Origin: Lama guanicoe
Lineage: Eukaryota
NCBI GenBank assembly: GCA_013239625.1
Contig: MU054212.1
Span: forward strand, 2,232,001 to 2,296,000
Reading direction: 5' to 3'
Length of the DNA stretch: 64,000 bases
Within the stretch, counting starts at the first letter, position 1; the number at the start of each line of letters is the position of its first letter. Under the pieces are notes generated by a model, which searched no databases, was not told the DNA's origin, and saw only the letters and a list, made by a program, of their open reading frames with translations. This document shows, piece after piece, positions 10,818 to 24,364 of the stretch. The position numbers were made by a program, and so were the translations under genes.

Positions 10818-13800
10818 ATTTCTGACCAAGTTGAGTAACAAAAACCAGAGTTACCCTATGGAGAAACAACAAAAGTTGGGGCAAAACATATAAAATGTTA
10901 GTTTGCAAGACACTGTACATCAGACAACAACGTTCAGTATTTTTGAGAAACAGTAAACATAGTGAGATGAGCAGAGAAAGGGGACTAGAGATCCACAGAG
11001 GGTCTCCCTTGAGTATTAAGCTGAGTATTGATCAGTACAAAGGAAACTATTAGTAGCAAGGGAAAGAACTTGGAAGGGTTAGAGGTAACAGTGTCCAGAG
11101 CTCAAACAGGGCTGGAAATAGTGCCTGATCTTATTAGTCAAGCTGCAACATCTCAAGATTCATGAAGCATTGGGTAGAGTACTCAGAAAGGTCTTGCCTC
11201 AGTAGTAAGGAATAATTAGCCCTAGACTATGCACATTCTGGCCTTATCTACCTAATCTTACAACCAAGACCTGAGAGAATTAACATGTTTCTAAGCAACT
11301 GACTGCATCCCAGAACAAAGTTCAAAAATATTTATAAGAAATCAAAAATATTTCTTATTTTAAAAGGTAAGATACTCAATGCCTAGCATCCAATAGAAAA
11401 TTTCCAGGCATGCAAAGAAACAGGAAAATATGAACCATAATAAATGGGTAAAGCAATTCACATTGATGCAGAAACTGACAGAAAGGTTGGAATTAGCAGA
11501 CAAGGACAAGGACAATTAAAGCAGTTTTTATAACTCTGTTCTAGTATTCGAAAAGTTAAATGGAGACAGTGGAAATAAAAAAACAACAAAATGAAACTTC
11601 TGGAGATGAAAACTACCATGTGAGAGAATAAAAAAATACACTGGATTGGATTAACATCTGATTAGACAATAAAGAAGGAAGGATTAGTGAACTTTAGGAA
11701 CATTAACAAATAAAACACAGAGAGAAAAAGAGAATTTTCAAAAGTGAGCCAAGCACCAATGACCTGTTGGACAATTTCTGGCAGCTTAATATATGTGTAA
11801 TTAAAGTTTGTGAAAAAGAAAAGGGGATACAAAAATATTTGACCTGAAGAAATAGAAAAGGAGATCAAGTAAGATGCAAAGTAGAGAGAAGAAAATGATA
11901 CAGATCATAGTGGGAAGAAAACAGAAAAAAATAAGGCAAATCAGTAAAATCAAGTTTGTTTTTAAGAAGATCAATAAAATTGATAAACCTCCAGCCAGGT
12001 TTATTATTAATATAGAGATAAGACATAAATTACCAATATGAAGATTGAGAGAGGTGACACCACTAGAGATTGTACATATATTAAGGAAATGTTATATACA
12101 ACTTCATGCTAATAAATTTGACAGCTTGAAGTAAATGGCCCAATTCCTTGAAAGACACAAACTACCAAATTTCATTTGAGAATAGGTAAATAATCTGAAT
12201 GGCCTTATATCTATTAAAGAAATTGTATTTGTATTTTAAAACTTTCCACAAAGAAAATTCTAGACCTAGATGGCTTTACTGGTGATTTCTACCAAATAAT
12301 TAAAGTAGAAATAATGCCAATTATTTTTCTTCCAGAAAATTAAAAGAAGAGTATTTTCCAAGTCATTTGATGAGACTAGCTTTATCCTGATAATAAAACC
12401 AGATGAAGGCATTTTAAGAAAAGAAACTATACATGGCTATCCCTAATGAATACACTATATGCAAAAAATTCTGAACAAAATTTTAGCAAATTCAGTCCAA
12501 CAATATGATATCATACTGCTAACATATCAGATCAAAAATGATAGTACATATTACCAAATGGGTTTATCCAAGGAATGCAGGGTTGGTTTAACATTTGAAA
12601 ATCAATCAATGTAAGTAACCCTATTAGAAAAAGGAAAAGAAAGTTTATTACTGATAAAAAAAAAAAACACTCAGTAAAGCAGGAATAGAAGTGAATTTCT
12701 CAGCCTACATCTACCTCATGTTTAACAGTTGAAGACTAAATGCTCTCTTTCTTCCTAAAATCACAAGTATGATCATGATGTCTGCTCTGACCTCTTCAAG
12801 TCAACATTCCACTAGAGGCTCTAGATGGCTCAGACGACAAATGAAAAGAAACAAAGGGCATCCAGATTAGAAAGGGACAATCAACCTGTCTTTACTCTCA
12901 GAAGATATAACTGGCTATGTAGAAAATCCAATAGGATTTAAAAAAAAAAAAAAAGCTGCTAGAACTAATAAGTGAACTTAATTAAGGTTAAAGGATAAGA
13001 TAGGAATATACAAGAACCAACTGTATTTCTATATACCAGAAACAAACTATTGGAAACTGATATTTCTAATTTATAATAGCATCAAAAATTACAAAATCCT
13101 TAAGAACTAGTCTAACAAAAGACCTGTACATAAAAAAACTGTGCTGTGAAAGAGTGCTGTGAAAATTCAAAGGGAACCTAGATAAATGGAGAGATTATTA
13201 CGCCTGGATTGGAAGATTCAGTATTTTTACCCCAAATTAATCTATATGTTCAATGCAATCCCAATCAAAATCCCAACATCATTTTCTGTTGAAAATGCAA
13301 ACTGATTATTAAATTCATATGAAAATGCAAGGCCCTAGAATAGCTGTAATAATTTTGTAGATGAATCAAGTTAGAGGACCAGCATGACCTACTTGCAAGA
13401 CCTACTATAAAGCTTCAGTAATCAAGACAGTTTGATGCGGTATAAAGATAGACAGATCAGTGGCATGGAATAAAGGGTTCAGAAGTAGACCCGTACGTAT
13501 ATAGATGACTGATTTCCAACCAAAATGAAAAAAAAAAGTCAATGGAGAAAGGATAGTCTTTACAACAGCTGATGTGGAACGACTGGATATACATACGCCA
13601 AAAAAAAATCCACATCTTGTATTATATGCAAAACTAATTCAAAATGAATCACAGACCTAACACTAAAACCTAAAACTATAAAACTTGTAAAAGGAAGCAG
13701 GAGAAAACGTCTGTGACCTTGGGTTAGGTAAAGTAAGTTTGCTTTAGATATAACACATAAAGCGTAACGCCATAAAGTAAAAGTACTAATAAACTGTACT

Positions 13801-14650
13801 TCACCAAAATTAAAAATTCCTACTATTTGAAAGACATTGAGAGGATAAAAAGATAAACTACTGACTGGAAGAAAATGTTTACAAATTGCACATTTGATAA
13901 AGAATTAGCATCCAGAATACATAAAGAACTTTTGAAACTCAACAATAAGGAAAGCAATAATCCAATAAAAATATGGGGGAAAGATTAGAACAGACATTTC
14001 ACCAAAGGTCACATATGAGTGTCAAATACATGAAAAGATACTCTATATCATCAGTAATCAGCAAACTGCATATTAAAATCACAATGAAATATCATTCCAT
14101 GCCTATTAGAATGACTAAGTTTAGGAAGACCGTCCTAATGTTTGGTGAGGATACAGAAGGACTGGAACTCTTACACACTACTGGTGGGAGTGTAAGACAA
14201 TAAAACCAGTTTAGAAATTATTTTGGTAGGTTCTTAAAAAGTTAAATGTACACCAACCATCTGATTCAGACATTCCACTATTAAATATCTACCCAAGATA
14301 AATGAAAGCATATGCCCATGTAAAGATGTATACAAATGTTCATAAGCAGCTTTATTTCATAAATAAAACCAGGAAACAATTCAAGTTACCCAAAATGTGA
14401 ATGGATAAACACATTGTGATATACCCATACAGTGGAATACTACTCAGCAAAAGAAGGAAATGAGTACATTACAACATGGGTGGATCTCAAAATAATTGCT
14501 AAGGGAAAGAAGAAAGACCACACAAGACTACCTTTCATATGATTCTACTTATGTAAAATTCTAGAAAATGCAAACTAACTGACAGTGACAGATCCTTGGT
14601 TGCCTGGGGACTGGGACAGTGGGCTTCGCAATGCTGAGGAGGGGAAATTA
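10818..14650 (+). mobile_element. L1 LINE (L1MD-like) with 5' UTR retained and an internal deletion
   Basis: 5' end 'tctgaccaagttgagtaacaaaaaccagagttaccc'. ORF1-like text runs to ~11842, then jumps to post-endonuclease ORF2 ('aagatcaataaaattgataaacc'). RT region 'ggaatgcagggttggtttaacatttgaaaatcaatcaatgtaa'. ORF 13973-14203 is an ORF2p remnant. 3' UTR 'ctagaaaatgcaaactaactgacagtgacaga'. Confidence 0.9.
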
Positions 14651-15869
14651 GCGAGTGGCAAGGTGGTAGAACCCCAGCTGCCCTGAGGTGGACAAGTGCT
14701 TTTACTTTCCACAGGTGAGCACATCATAGTAGGAAAATGCTCTTTGCTCAGGATGAGATAGTTTGGGTGGACCTGAGATTGCTGAAGAAGGCCATTTATT
14801 TATAATACAGGGAGTAGAAAATTAGGCCATTGTATTTCTGCACAGGGGAAGAATTCATAAAAAGTCACACAGAATTATTCTTATATAACTGACAATGACA
14901 TTGTTGTAAGGTGGAAACAGAGCTTTATTTGTCTTACTTAAAATGATATATAGAGCACTTGTCTGTTTATTCCACTGCAAACAGCTTCTGCAAAAACAGC
15001 CATGAATCCCTGGGGGTTTCTACTGATAGTTGTAAGTTACTTGAGCAAAATCTCTCAAGCAAGTTGCTGCCTTGCAGGTATCCATTATTCTAAATTCAAA
15101 GACCCTTTTCTTCTTGTTTGTTTGTTTGTGTTGAATGTGTATTTTTTCCCAAAATTATGTTACGTGCAGTATTATTTAAAAAGATATAAAACGTGTCAGA
15201 ACATAGCTACTTTTCAAATAGGTAAGTACATATACCTAAATCAAAACACACACAGCCAAAGGGGGAAACACTCAATAAACAGGCTTCATAATCAAATCTG
15301 GCTCAGGTTAAAGTGAAGTTAGTTTGATGGATTCAGCTGGGGCCCCAGTAAATAACAGCCTCTGTAATTAAGCTACCTGAGCTTAGCCTGCCTGGGAGCT
15401 TATGGGCAGCTCAAAGGTGCAAGAGTGACAGCCAGGAGGCAGACTTCAGAAATGAGTAGTCAGCTTGCCCACCCACGTGCTGGCCCCTCCTCAGTGCTCT
15501 GCCCATCTCACTGAGGGCTGAGCCAGGGAAGGCCGCTGCTCTCCACAGACTCAAATATCTGTGGCGTTTACTGGCAAAGCTCCTGTTCGGGAGTGGGAAA
15601 GTAAGCCAAAATCAACAACTGCTGAGAATGCTCACCTCGATTTCGTCACAAAATCTGGAACCTGTCATTTGTGTTTCCACGTGTATCCATCCATACTCCA
15701 CCTATGTGTATGTGTGGGTACACACGATCATATGTACACACCCATGCATTCACCTACCCCACAAAGAAAACACTCTAGCAGGAAGAGGAGTGGTGGCTTT
15801 GTAGCCATACAGTTCTGGGTTCATATTTTAGCTTAGTCACTTTTTAGCTTTGACCTATAGTTTAAGAAA

Positions 15870-16085
15870 AGGCAACTTTGAGCATTTGCTGTGCTCACAT
15901 TAGACAATGGAGAGACAGACATTGCCTCAGGAGCTCCCCCTCTATTTGGGATGGAAAAGCACACAAATAATTTAAATATAATATGCCAAATGCAAACCTA
16001 GAAATAAGTAGGGTGTTATGTGACCATAGAGGAATAGGAGATTTCAAATTTAATCTCCTGAAGGACAAAACAGAACTAAATTTTA
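15870..16085 (-). mobile_element. L2 fragment
   Basis: 'tttgagcatttgctgtgc...gacagacattgcctcaggagctccccctctatttggg...tgttatgtgaccatagagg'. Confidence 0.6.
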
Positions 16086-16099
16086 TAGGATGAAAAACA

Positions 16100-16205
16100 A
16101 CATTCTTGAACCTCAATTTCCTTAACTATAAAATGGAGATAATAACATGCACACCTATAGTATTGGCATGAGAAATAAGCAAAGCATGATATGAAGCCCT
16201 GATGG
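16100..16205 (+). mobile_element. MIR core fragment
   Basis: 'ttgaacctcaatttccttaactataaaatggagataataacatgcacacctatagtattggcatgagaaataa'. Confidence 0.75.
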
Positions 16206-16539
16206 GCCTCATCCCTTCTCCTAGCTCTCAAATTAAAAGAATTAATAAAAACAATCTTTTTCCGAGGGTTTAAATTCATAAGCTATTGCCACACACAGAA
16301 GGATGGAAACAAGAGAGTATTATCGATTGAAATAAGAATTCTCCATTGTTGTTTATTATGACAAATTAAGTCATAACACTGAAAGAGAAAAACAAACCTC
16401 TTTTTCATTCCAAACTACATTTAATTTCCCTCCTTCATCATGCTTATATGAAAAAGAAACCCATTTCTTTCATTTTGAGAGGTGACTCCATTTTCCCCCT
16501 CGGTCGGTGCATGTACGTCACAGCCCAGGCCATCTCTGA

Positions 16540-16625
16540 TGCAGCAAAGAGCCGCTCTGACATCCCTTCAAGGAAGGACTCACTGCTGGGCTTTAAGGAG
16601 TGTGGCTGACTGACAGTCTCCAGCA
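16540..16625 (+). mobile_element. LTR16-like 5' fragment
   Basis: Similar to 17132-17203, with a shared 16-mer 'gctttaaggagtgtgg'. Confidence 0.65.
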
Positions 16626-17111
16626 AGAAGAGTCACCATTCTGTCGGGAACATTGACCCTACTCATCGGGAAGCAGTGGGTTACTGTTCCACAACAGGGG
16701 CAGGTGGATCCATATGTGTGACTTTCTTGGGTGCCTCTTGGTACTTCCTTTTCCAATTGCAGATGTAAATGGACCTACTGCATCTACCGCAGCCTGAAAA
16801 TGTGATGGTTGCCAGAGGCTGAGGTTCTTCAGGAATGAGGGTTTGGTTGTAACTCCAAGTAAGCTACATGAATTCAGCACAGGCAGTGCAGAGGGTGGGA
16901 AGAATCTTAGGACGGTGGACTGAACCAGGGCTGGGGAAGATATACCTCAAGGACAGCTGAGGCCTGAGACAGGCTGCTGCAATGTGGCATCCCACAAACC
17001 TCCCTCCTTTAACTTCCCATCAGGAGTAGAGACCCACCAGAGCAGAGCCCTGGAGCTTCTGCTCCCGGAAAGTATAGAGAGAAGTGAATTCATGCAGAGC
17101 AAGGGGTGGAC

Positions 17112-17520
17112 TGTGAAAGAGATAGAGACGTGCTGCTCAGATGCCCCTTCAAGAAAGACTCGCTGGCGAGCTTTAAGGAGTGTGGTTAGTGGACAGCTTC
17201 CAGGTGTTAGCACCTTCAGGATCTGCCTCAGCTTTCAAACTGAGGTCACATCTTTCTTGAAGGGGCCCCCAGCTAAGGACTGTGCAAAGTCTTGGCACAA
17301 GAACCGGGCCATTTCTGCCCAACACAGACTTCCTTGAATGGGCAGTCTTTGCTCTGGAGCCCCTCTTTGGGCTGGCAAAGACAGTCCATGGAGCAATAGA
17401 TCCCCCTGCCTGGTCCAGCTTCCTTTCCTTTTCCTTTCATGGATATTGTTTCCCATTGAATCATCTTCTTTCCTAACTCTACCCCAGGATCTGCTAGGGG
17501 AAGGGGAACCCAACCTGTGA
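17112..17520 (+). mobile_element. ERVL solo LTR (LTR16A/B-like)
   Basis: Starts with TGTG. Contains 'gctcagatgccccttcaagaaag' and 'ggccatttctgcccaacacagact...gggcagtctttgctctggagcccc...gggctggc', and ends 'ggggaacccaacctgtgaa'. Confidence 0.8.
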
Positions 17521-18859
17521 AGGGAGGAGCAGCACCAAACAAATCCAGCAGGCACCAGGGAGTTGCCCTGCTGAAGTCCTTGTCTGATATAGAGGGGCTT
17601 TTCTGAAGATATTTCTCTCTGGCCTCTCAGAGAGGACAAGGTAAGAAGTCCCTGCCTCTGACCTTCCAGGCTCAGAGTCAGACAACTCTGCCGATGGGCT
17701 CCCCCAGCCTACAGCCAGGATGTTCTCTACTGTCTGATGACCTTTGCCTCTTCTTTACATCCTAGGTCTGGTCTGCATGTTTTACACAGTCTGACTACTT
17801 ACTCTTTTCCCTTGCTGTACTATCCATCCCTTGGACTCTTTCAATTATGCTCTTAAGAATGAAGTGCCTGGCTCCTCTGTTGCACCAAGGAGTATCCATT
17901 GTCCCTATCTTTCCACACCTACACTCACAATACTGAATGGTCCCCTAATATTCTCATGGACCTTGCAGCAATGTCCCCTTGCTCTCCAGACTCTCCTGGT
18001 CCAGCCCATCCTATACCTACAGAAATTCTGGTTCTGACATTAACTTGTCAGATCTGGGGAAGAAGGGAATAATTTTTTTGGCTTCCTTCTCTACCCCATC
18101 GCTCCACACCTGATATAACAGCATGTCCTCCCTGTAGACTTAACTATAATTATTTCAGAAGCCTTATGAGACATTCCTAAGCATCAAGAGTGATTCATGT
18201 TAACTTAAATCCTTGTTTCAAAAACTGATCACTTATTAATTGTCAACTGAGCACTACTGCATTACCAAAAACAGCCTTGTGGTATTAGTTATGTTGGCAT
18301 GATAAAGGACATTTGCAGAACAGTGACCAAAAGTTTGACTTATTTTGTTGCTCTTCTTACGTTATTATTCCTACTCCCTCTCTCACATTTATACTTTTCC
18401 TTCTCTTTTTCTTCTTCTTTTGGAAAACTTAAGTTTAGAGAAAGGGAGAGTCTCCTTTTGATTACCACTATGATCTTTGCTTGTTTTTCTTTCTTTTAAG
18501 GAAGTAGGTGAAACTGGAATTTTTATGTTGGGGAGAAAAAAGAAAAAAGTTAATTTTGACAAGAGCCTTCCAAATGTATCCCGAGAGCTTGCACCATCTG
18601 CAGCAATACAGTTCTCCATCCACGTTAACCTGACTTTACTTTTCCACTGTCTGCATCACTGTTGTAGAGAACTCTTGCCCAAGAAGATGAAGTTGCAAAT
18701 AATTTTGTTTGTTTCAGAAACGTCCCCCCACATTCTTTTCTGTAAACAATAGACTAATGGCCTATCAACAAGTCCTTCTTAGAGTAAGTATCCCATTTTC
18801 AGGGCTCACCAAAGAAATATTTACACAAGATTTTCTTAGAAAGTCTTGCCTTGATGTGT

Positions 18860-19540
18860 CCACCAGTCCCAAATTACTGTGTCACCAAGCCTGCCGAACC
18901 CTAATCAAGTTACCCTTCCCAGCCAACATCACCTCCCCAAGTACTTTCTCTCTACTCCAGAAACCTCATAAATACCTTTTTGTTCTCTTTGCTGAGACAT
19001 GCCACTAAGACTCAGCTTTGCTTTATCACAGGTCTTTCGCTTTTCTTTTCAAGGAATCAGCAGTCAACAAAAACCATTTAGTGGGTACCTAGCACTGACC
19101 TACCCTTTGTGGAAAGACACCACGAACAGTACCACCAAGGTGATTTCAGTCTAGCCAGTGAGAATGCATAAATAAAAATTTATCATATGAAGCAGAATAA
19201 GGTAAATGCTATAATGCAGAAGAAGCAAACAATCCTGCTGGGACACAGAAGGAGCCACTAAAGCTTTGTAGAGGAGGTGGTCGTGGAATTTTAGGGTATT
19301 GTAAAAGTGAGCTTGAGACAATAAGGAGGCTTCCATCTTGCAGTTACTGTCTCCTGATTCTCAGACACATGGCTCCTGGAGATGCCTGTAGCCACTTTAG
19401 TGAGAAGTGACATAAAACAATTCCAAAATTTCTTGAACCATTACTCTGTGCCTAGAAAATGTGGTGAATACTGGGGCTCCACCAACGAAGAAAATATAAG
19501 AGACATTCCTTTTTAAAAAAAATCTTGCAAGAAGGCAGAC
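18860..19540. mobile_element. Cluster of decayed L2 fragments, mixed orientation
   Basis: Plus-like 'accaagcctgccgaaccctaatc...tactccagaaac'. Minus-like 'cagtcaacaaaaaccatttagtgggtacctagcactg' and 'aatttcttgaaccattactctgtgcctag'. Confidence 0.55.
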
Positions 19541-19595
19541 CCTCCCTGTCTGCCAGAGCCCTTCCACTCTCTCTATGGCCTGTGGACCCCCTTCC

Positions 19596-19609
19596 TGGCC
19601 ATCTGGTGG
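19596..19609 (-). promoter_or_regulatory. Candidate CTCF core motif
   Basis: Minus strand CCACCAGATGGCCA resembles the CTCF core CCASYAGRKGGCRS. Motif only; no occupancy data. Confidence 0.3.
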
Positions 19610-21889
19610 AGTCTCAGCTATGAGACAGGGCACTATATTCCATGATCAGTCACCCATGCTTCCTGCAAACTTCTCAAACACTGGATAAACACACCAGAGC
19701 ACTTGTTTAAACAGAGCTTATTGGAACTAAACTTTCCTGGTTCCCTTATTATATCTTTTCATGGGGTTTGGCTGATGAGGGGGATGGTGGAACTAGAGGC
19801 CTACCCAAAGCATTCTGGCAAATCTGAAGCAGGTTAAACAAAGTGAGCTTTTTTCCTAGTAATCGTATCAATTTTTCTCTTAAGAAATTATGGATTTTGT
19901 TTGTGCAGTTGACAATTGCTGCTGAAGGTACAATGTGACCTGCCATTTGTTTTCTGAAGATGATCCCAATCTGAGAATAATTTGAGGGGTATTTTGTAAG
20001 CCTACATGGAAACAACTGCCTTTACAAACAAATATTCTAGCCATATATGGATTACACCTTCAAAATCTAGAGGGGCAAGCTCTATAGGTGTGTTTATACT
20101 AATTACTTGTATTTTTACAGTGACCACTAAAAATATCAATCTGATTTCCACTGAGCTCACGTAGTTTCAGCATCTTGCAGTGACTCAGCCTAACTTTAGT
20201 GAAAAGTGGTCCAAGTGTGTGAAGAGACAGCAGGTGCTGGCAGCCAAGGTCTTATCTGCTCTTTGTCCAGACAACAAGGTCCAGAGTGTTCCATAAAACG
20301 ACCACAAGTTGATCAGGGTCACAGTAACCCTATCAGGGCAATGTAGGTAAAACTTCCCATGTCATTTGCACCATTGTCTCATATTGTGTTAGCATCCATT
20401 TTCACTAATATGATACAAAAATGTAATGATGGATAAGTGTTTTTTAATGTTATGTAAGTGAAAACAGGTGGGTAATTTACCGTGGGCTCATTCAGATTGG
20501 GGCTGACTGGCTGGCATTTCACAATGCTGAGGTTTTTGTTTTTTTGTTTTTTTGTTTTTTTGGTGGGGTGGAGGGGTGGTAACTTGTTTTCACCTGGGTC
20601 AAATTTCAGCAACCTTGCTTTTTAAAATCATTTAGTCAATCACACCACAGGTCTGCAAACCCAAAGCAAAAATCAGGAGAGTGATTTACTGGGGCTGAAA
20701 GTTTCGACAAACAACAAGCCTGTTTATATAGTTAACCTCCATTCAGAAAGGAAGCAAAGAGGGAGAGAGTGGCCTAAACGAGGTATCATGGGTATTAAAA
20801 GAAGTCTGTATTCAGAGGACAAGCCCTTGATTAGAGCGGTTGCCCTGCCTGGCTGTGTGGCTGCTGGGCTAATGGGCGATCCTGGAGGCATAAGTCAAGG
20901 GTGTTACTTTACAAGAGTCACAACGCACATTCAGTGGTATTGATTGGTCTCTATTTTTTCCAGGAAGTTAGAAAGGTTTAGGGTACCTCCAGATCTTTCC
21001 GTAAGAGACTCTGGTTACTTTCAAGCTGCCACCATTATTATTAGGATATCAATAATCTGGATTAATTTCATCTTTGTCAATATTAGCTGAGCTCATAAAT
21101 CCAGAGAAGCCAGGTGCTTTAGTGCCTTTTTCTGGGACGGGTGTTATTCAGATTCTTCCCCTGGCTATTTGCTGATGAAAGGTTATAATATATTTAATAA
21201 GATCCGAGGAAGTGACAAGCTACTTTTCTAAGTGAAAGTGAGATTCTCCTTTCTCCTCCCCAGTATAAGTACAGATGGCACCTTTCCTGAACTTTCTATT
21301 TTCCAGATTTTCTATTTTCCCATTTTAATATTGAAATAGAAGAAAATGTTCCCCACCGAGCACATTTCTGCAGCCTTGTTCTATGTCTCACTTTGCCTGT
21401 CCGGCCTGTGGTTCTACATTCCAGAATGCCCTGCGGGAGAAAGAAATTGTGTCCAGACGCAGCCATGGGAATGGAATTTCCCATACCTTGAGAGTGACCT
21501 CCAATGTGACCCTAAAATTAAAAACTTGTTTGTGAACTCCTGAGAGAGAAAAAAGTATATAACAGTAGCTGCTGTTTAAAAATATAATTGGCAAGCACAG
21601 TATAGAAACAACACATGAGTCAATCACGGGCTGCCTTAAATCCCAACAACTCAGGACACAGATTTCCTGTGTTTTGCTGCCCATGAATGGACCGACTACC
21701 CGTGTAAACATCCAGGAGGGAAGAGAACTATTCCTTTCTAATCCCGGTTTGCCCTGGTAACTTTTCCCAAGTTTTTTTGTTTTAGGACTGGCATTTCTCA
21801 CTCATTCAGTCATAGTCTGAGAATTTGTCATCAAGCTTGTTTGTGTTTAAGAGCACAGATTAGAGAAAGGCATAAGTTTTTATCATTTG

Positions 21890-22340
21890 CCAGTGGTGTG
21901 ACCTCAGTTTCCTGATCTGTAAAATGGTGATAAATGATGGTACATGCCTGAGACACACAGTTGTTTTGAGGGCAAAAGGATACATTACATACTAGTAGCT
22001 GCATTTCACTAATCATATCCTATGATGTGGATTTTTCTTCTCATGACAATAGCTGAATGACTGTTCCTTACAAGCAAGAGAGTTTTGAGACGGCCGTATC
22101 CATTTTTGCCCTATGAGAAAGCAGCTAACACGATCAAATATATTACTAATATCCTCAACAACATATCACATTCACAGTTTGCAATGGTATTCATATGATT
22201 AATCTTTGCAACAACCCTGTAATTAGCCTTTGAATGCTTATATGGCCTATATTGTCCAGATGACGTATTACTACGACCTCTATTTACATATCAGAAAGGT
22301 AAGGTCCAAATATTGAAAGTGACTTTTTTCAAGACCAGAT
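21890..22340. mobile_element. Two MIR fragments (plus core ~21890-21985; minus ~22160-22340)
   Basis: 'gacctcagtttcctgatctgtaaaatggtgataaatgatggtac' and 'ttaatctttgcaacaaccctgt...tatttacatatcagaaag...aagtgacttt'. Confidence 0.65.
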
Positions 22341-22884
22341 ATTTTCTATACAACTAGACCATGAATTTGAGGAAGGTCCTGCTTTAGGAAATCCTCTGCC
22401 ATTTCAGAATAGCAGGTGGACAAAGCAACTGGCCATGTTGGGAATTCTGAATTGGTTCTCTGTCACTGAAAATGGAATCACAGACCTGTGCCGGGCAGGA
22501 CTTCAGAGTGCCAGTGGTCAGTAGGCATTTCCATGTCAATCAAGAAAGCATTATTATTTTGTGCCACTGTTTGCGTTGCTTTGCAGTTCTTGTAAGCTGC
22601 AGTCATTTAAGAGATGGTTTGCTAAAAGTTGGTCTTTTGTTATTGGTGGTTTTTACTTGTTTGTTTTACCTAAATAAGGAATTGTTGGTAGACTCAGGTC
22701 TTCGTAAGTCAAAACAGTACTGCAAAGCAAATGGGCAGGTTGTCTTGGGGTGTTCAAAGTATGAAAAAAAAACTGTCTTTGGCAAAGCTGATAGAAGAGG
22801 TTTCAAAAGGTTGCAAGATACATTTTTATGTAATTTAATGAAGCTCAATAACTGCTTTAACTTGCTGACATAGAACTGAATTTC

Positions 22885-23300
22885 TTCAATACCCTAATTG
22901 TTGAGGACCAAGCTATGTGTCCAGAACTCTGCAAGAAATGAGGAATATTTTATTCATTAAATGACACAGCATAGTTTCTGACAAAAGGTGCTAAAAATCT
23001 AGCAGATATTAAATGTTTTGCTGACCCTTTCAAGGACAGTACAGGACAAAATGTAATTAACTGTTGTAAGATGTTCTATGACTGTCAGACATGAGAGGAG
23101 TTGGGGAGGTGACAGCTGGCTAAAGCAGCCAGGGAAGAAGGAAGGAACCCTCCCCTGGTTGAAGTCACTCCGCTCACACTCACAATCCAGAAAGGGAACT
23201 CCCTGTTCTGATGACAGAATCCTTGGGAAGAAGCCCCAAAGGGATTTTAGGGTCTCTGAAAACCAGATATGGAACAAGTCCTCCTTTTTAGAATAGCTTG
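22885..23300 (-). mobile_element. L2 fragment
   Basis: 'taattgttgaggaccaagctatgtgtccagaactctgcaag...gacccttcaagga'-type antisense L2 3' end. Confidence 0.55.
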
Positions 23301-23879
23301 AGGATCATTGCTTTTAAATAAATAGCTCAACATGGCTGCCTTCCTCAAACATCTCCAGTTTTCTGTATAAAGGAAATAGACTAATGTGAAAATACCTTCT
23401 TGAGACTTGCTGTTTGTTTCCATAGTTTTGGGTTTTTTTTTTTTGTATAATTCTCTCACGTATTTTGAGAGAAATTCATCCCTTTACATCCCAAATAAGG
23501 AAAAAGAATATTGGAATGAGATCTCACCATGGTAGGGGAGATTGTAATTCAATTTCACACAGTTTCAGAATCTTGACCTTAATAAGTTTACTCACGAATA
23601 TCAACACTCTCCCCCCTTTCTGTTGGAATGGGATTCACCCAATAAGAATGCAGAAACTCAGCTCTAATGCCACAATAGCCTTTTGGTGGTTTTTTCCTAA
23701 TCATTGAGCAAACAATGAGCCCAAGTCTAAGGACCAGGGAACATGCCCATGCTCAGGCAGAATAATACTGTATATTGTCCAGAGTCTGCGATTGATAGAG
23801 AACATACAGCATTTGCTATTGCTTTGATCTGTTTCTTGCTTTCCTGAACTTTCTGTATCAATGGGATTAAAGGAATCAA

Positions 23880-24215
23880 AGTAGTCCAGAGATAGGAGTC
23901 CTCCCTAATTCGCCAGACCCTAAAATATCTGTTTCTTTAATCCCACCCAGCTAGCCACAGCTGATGGGCCAGGTTGACTACTAATACAGGTGAAGTCAAT
24001 CCAATGCATGGCCAAGAAACAATCAGATCGACTTCTTTAAGAACATAAACTAATAAATACAGAGATGATGGAAGTTGGATACTGAGTCAAGCAACTGAAA
24101 GAGCTGTAACTAAAAGTCCAAGGACTGAGATCCTAGAAGACTTCCTGCTTCTTATGCATCCTTATGACAAACCCTTTGACTTAAACTAACCAATCTGGAA
24201 CAAAACCATTCCTGG
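23880..24215 (+). mobile_element. Old MaLR LTR (MLT1K/L-like)
   Basis: 'gccacagctgatgggccaggttgac...aacaatcagat...acaaaccctttgacttaaactaacc'. Confidence 0.5.
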
Positions 24216-24364
24216 ATCAGAGAGTGTGCAAGCCTCTCTGGACTGTTAAGGGAATTCAGACGGGGGGGAGCGTAGTGGGCTGGAGGAATCAACGCAGAGT
24301 TCTTTTCAGAGGAAGGAAGCCAGGGTCCATATGAAGATTCCTATCATGATGTTTTCTTAAGTTT

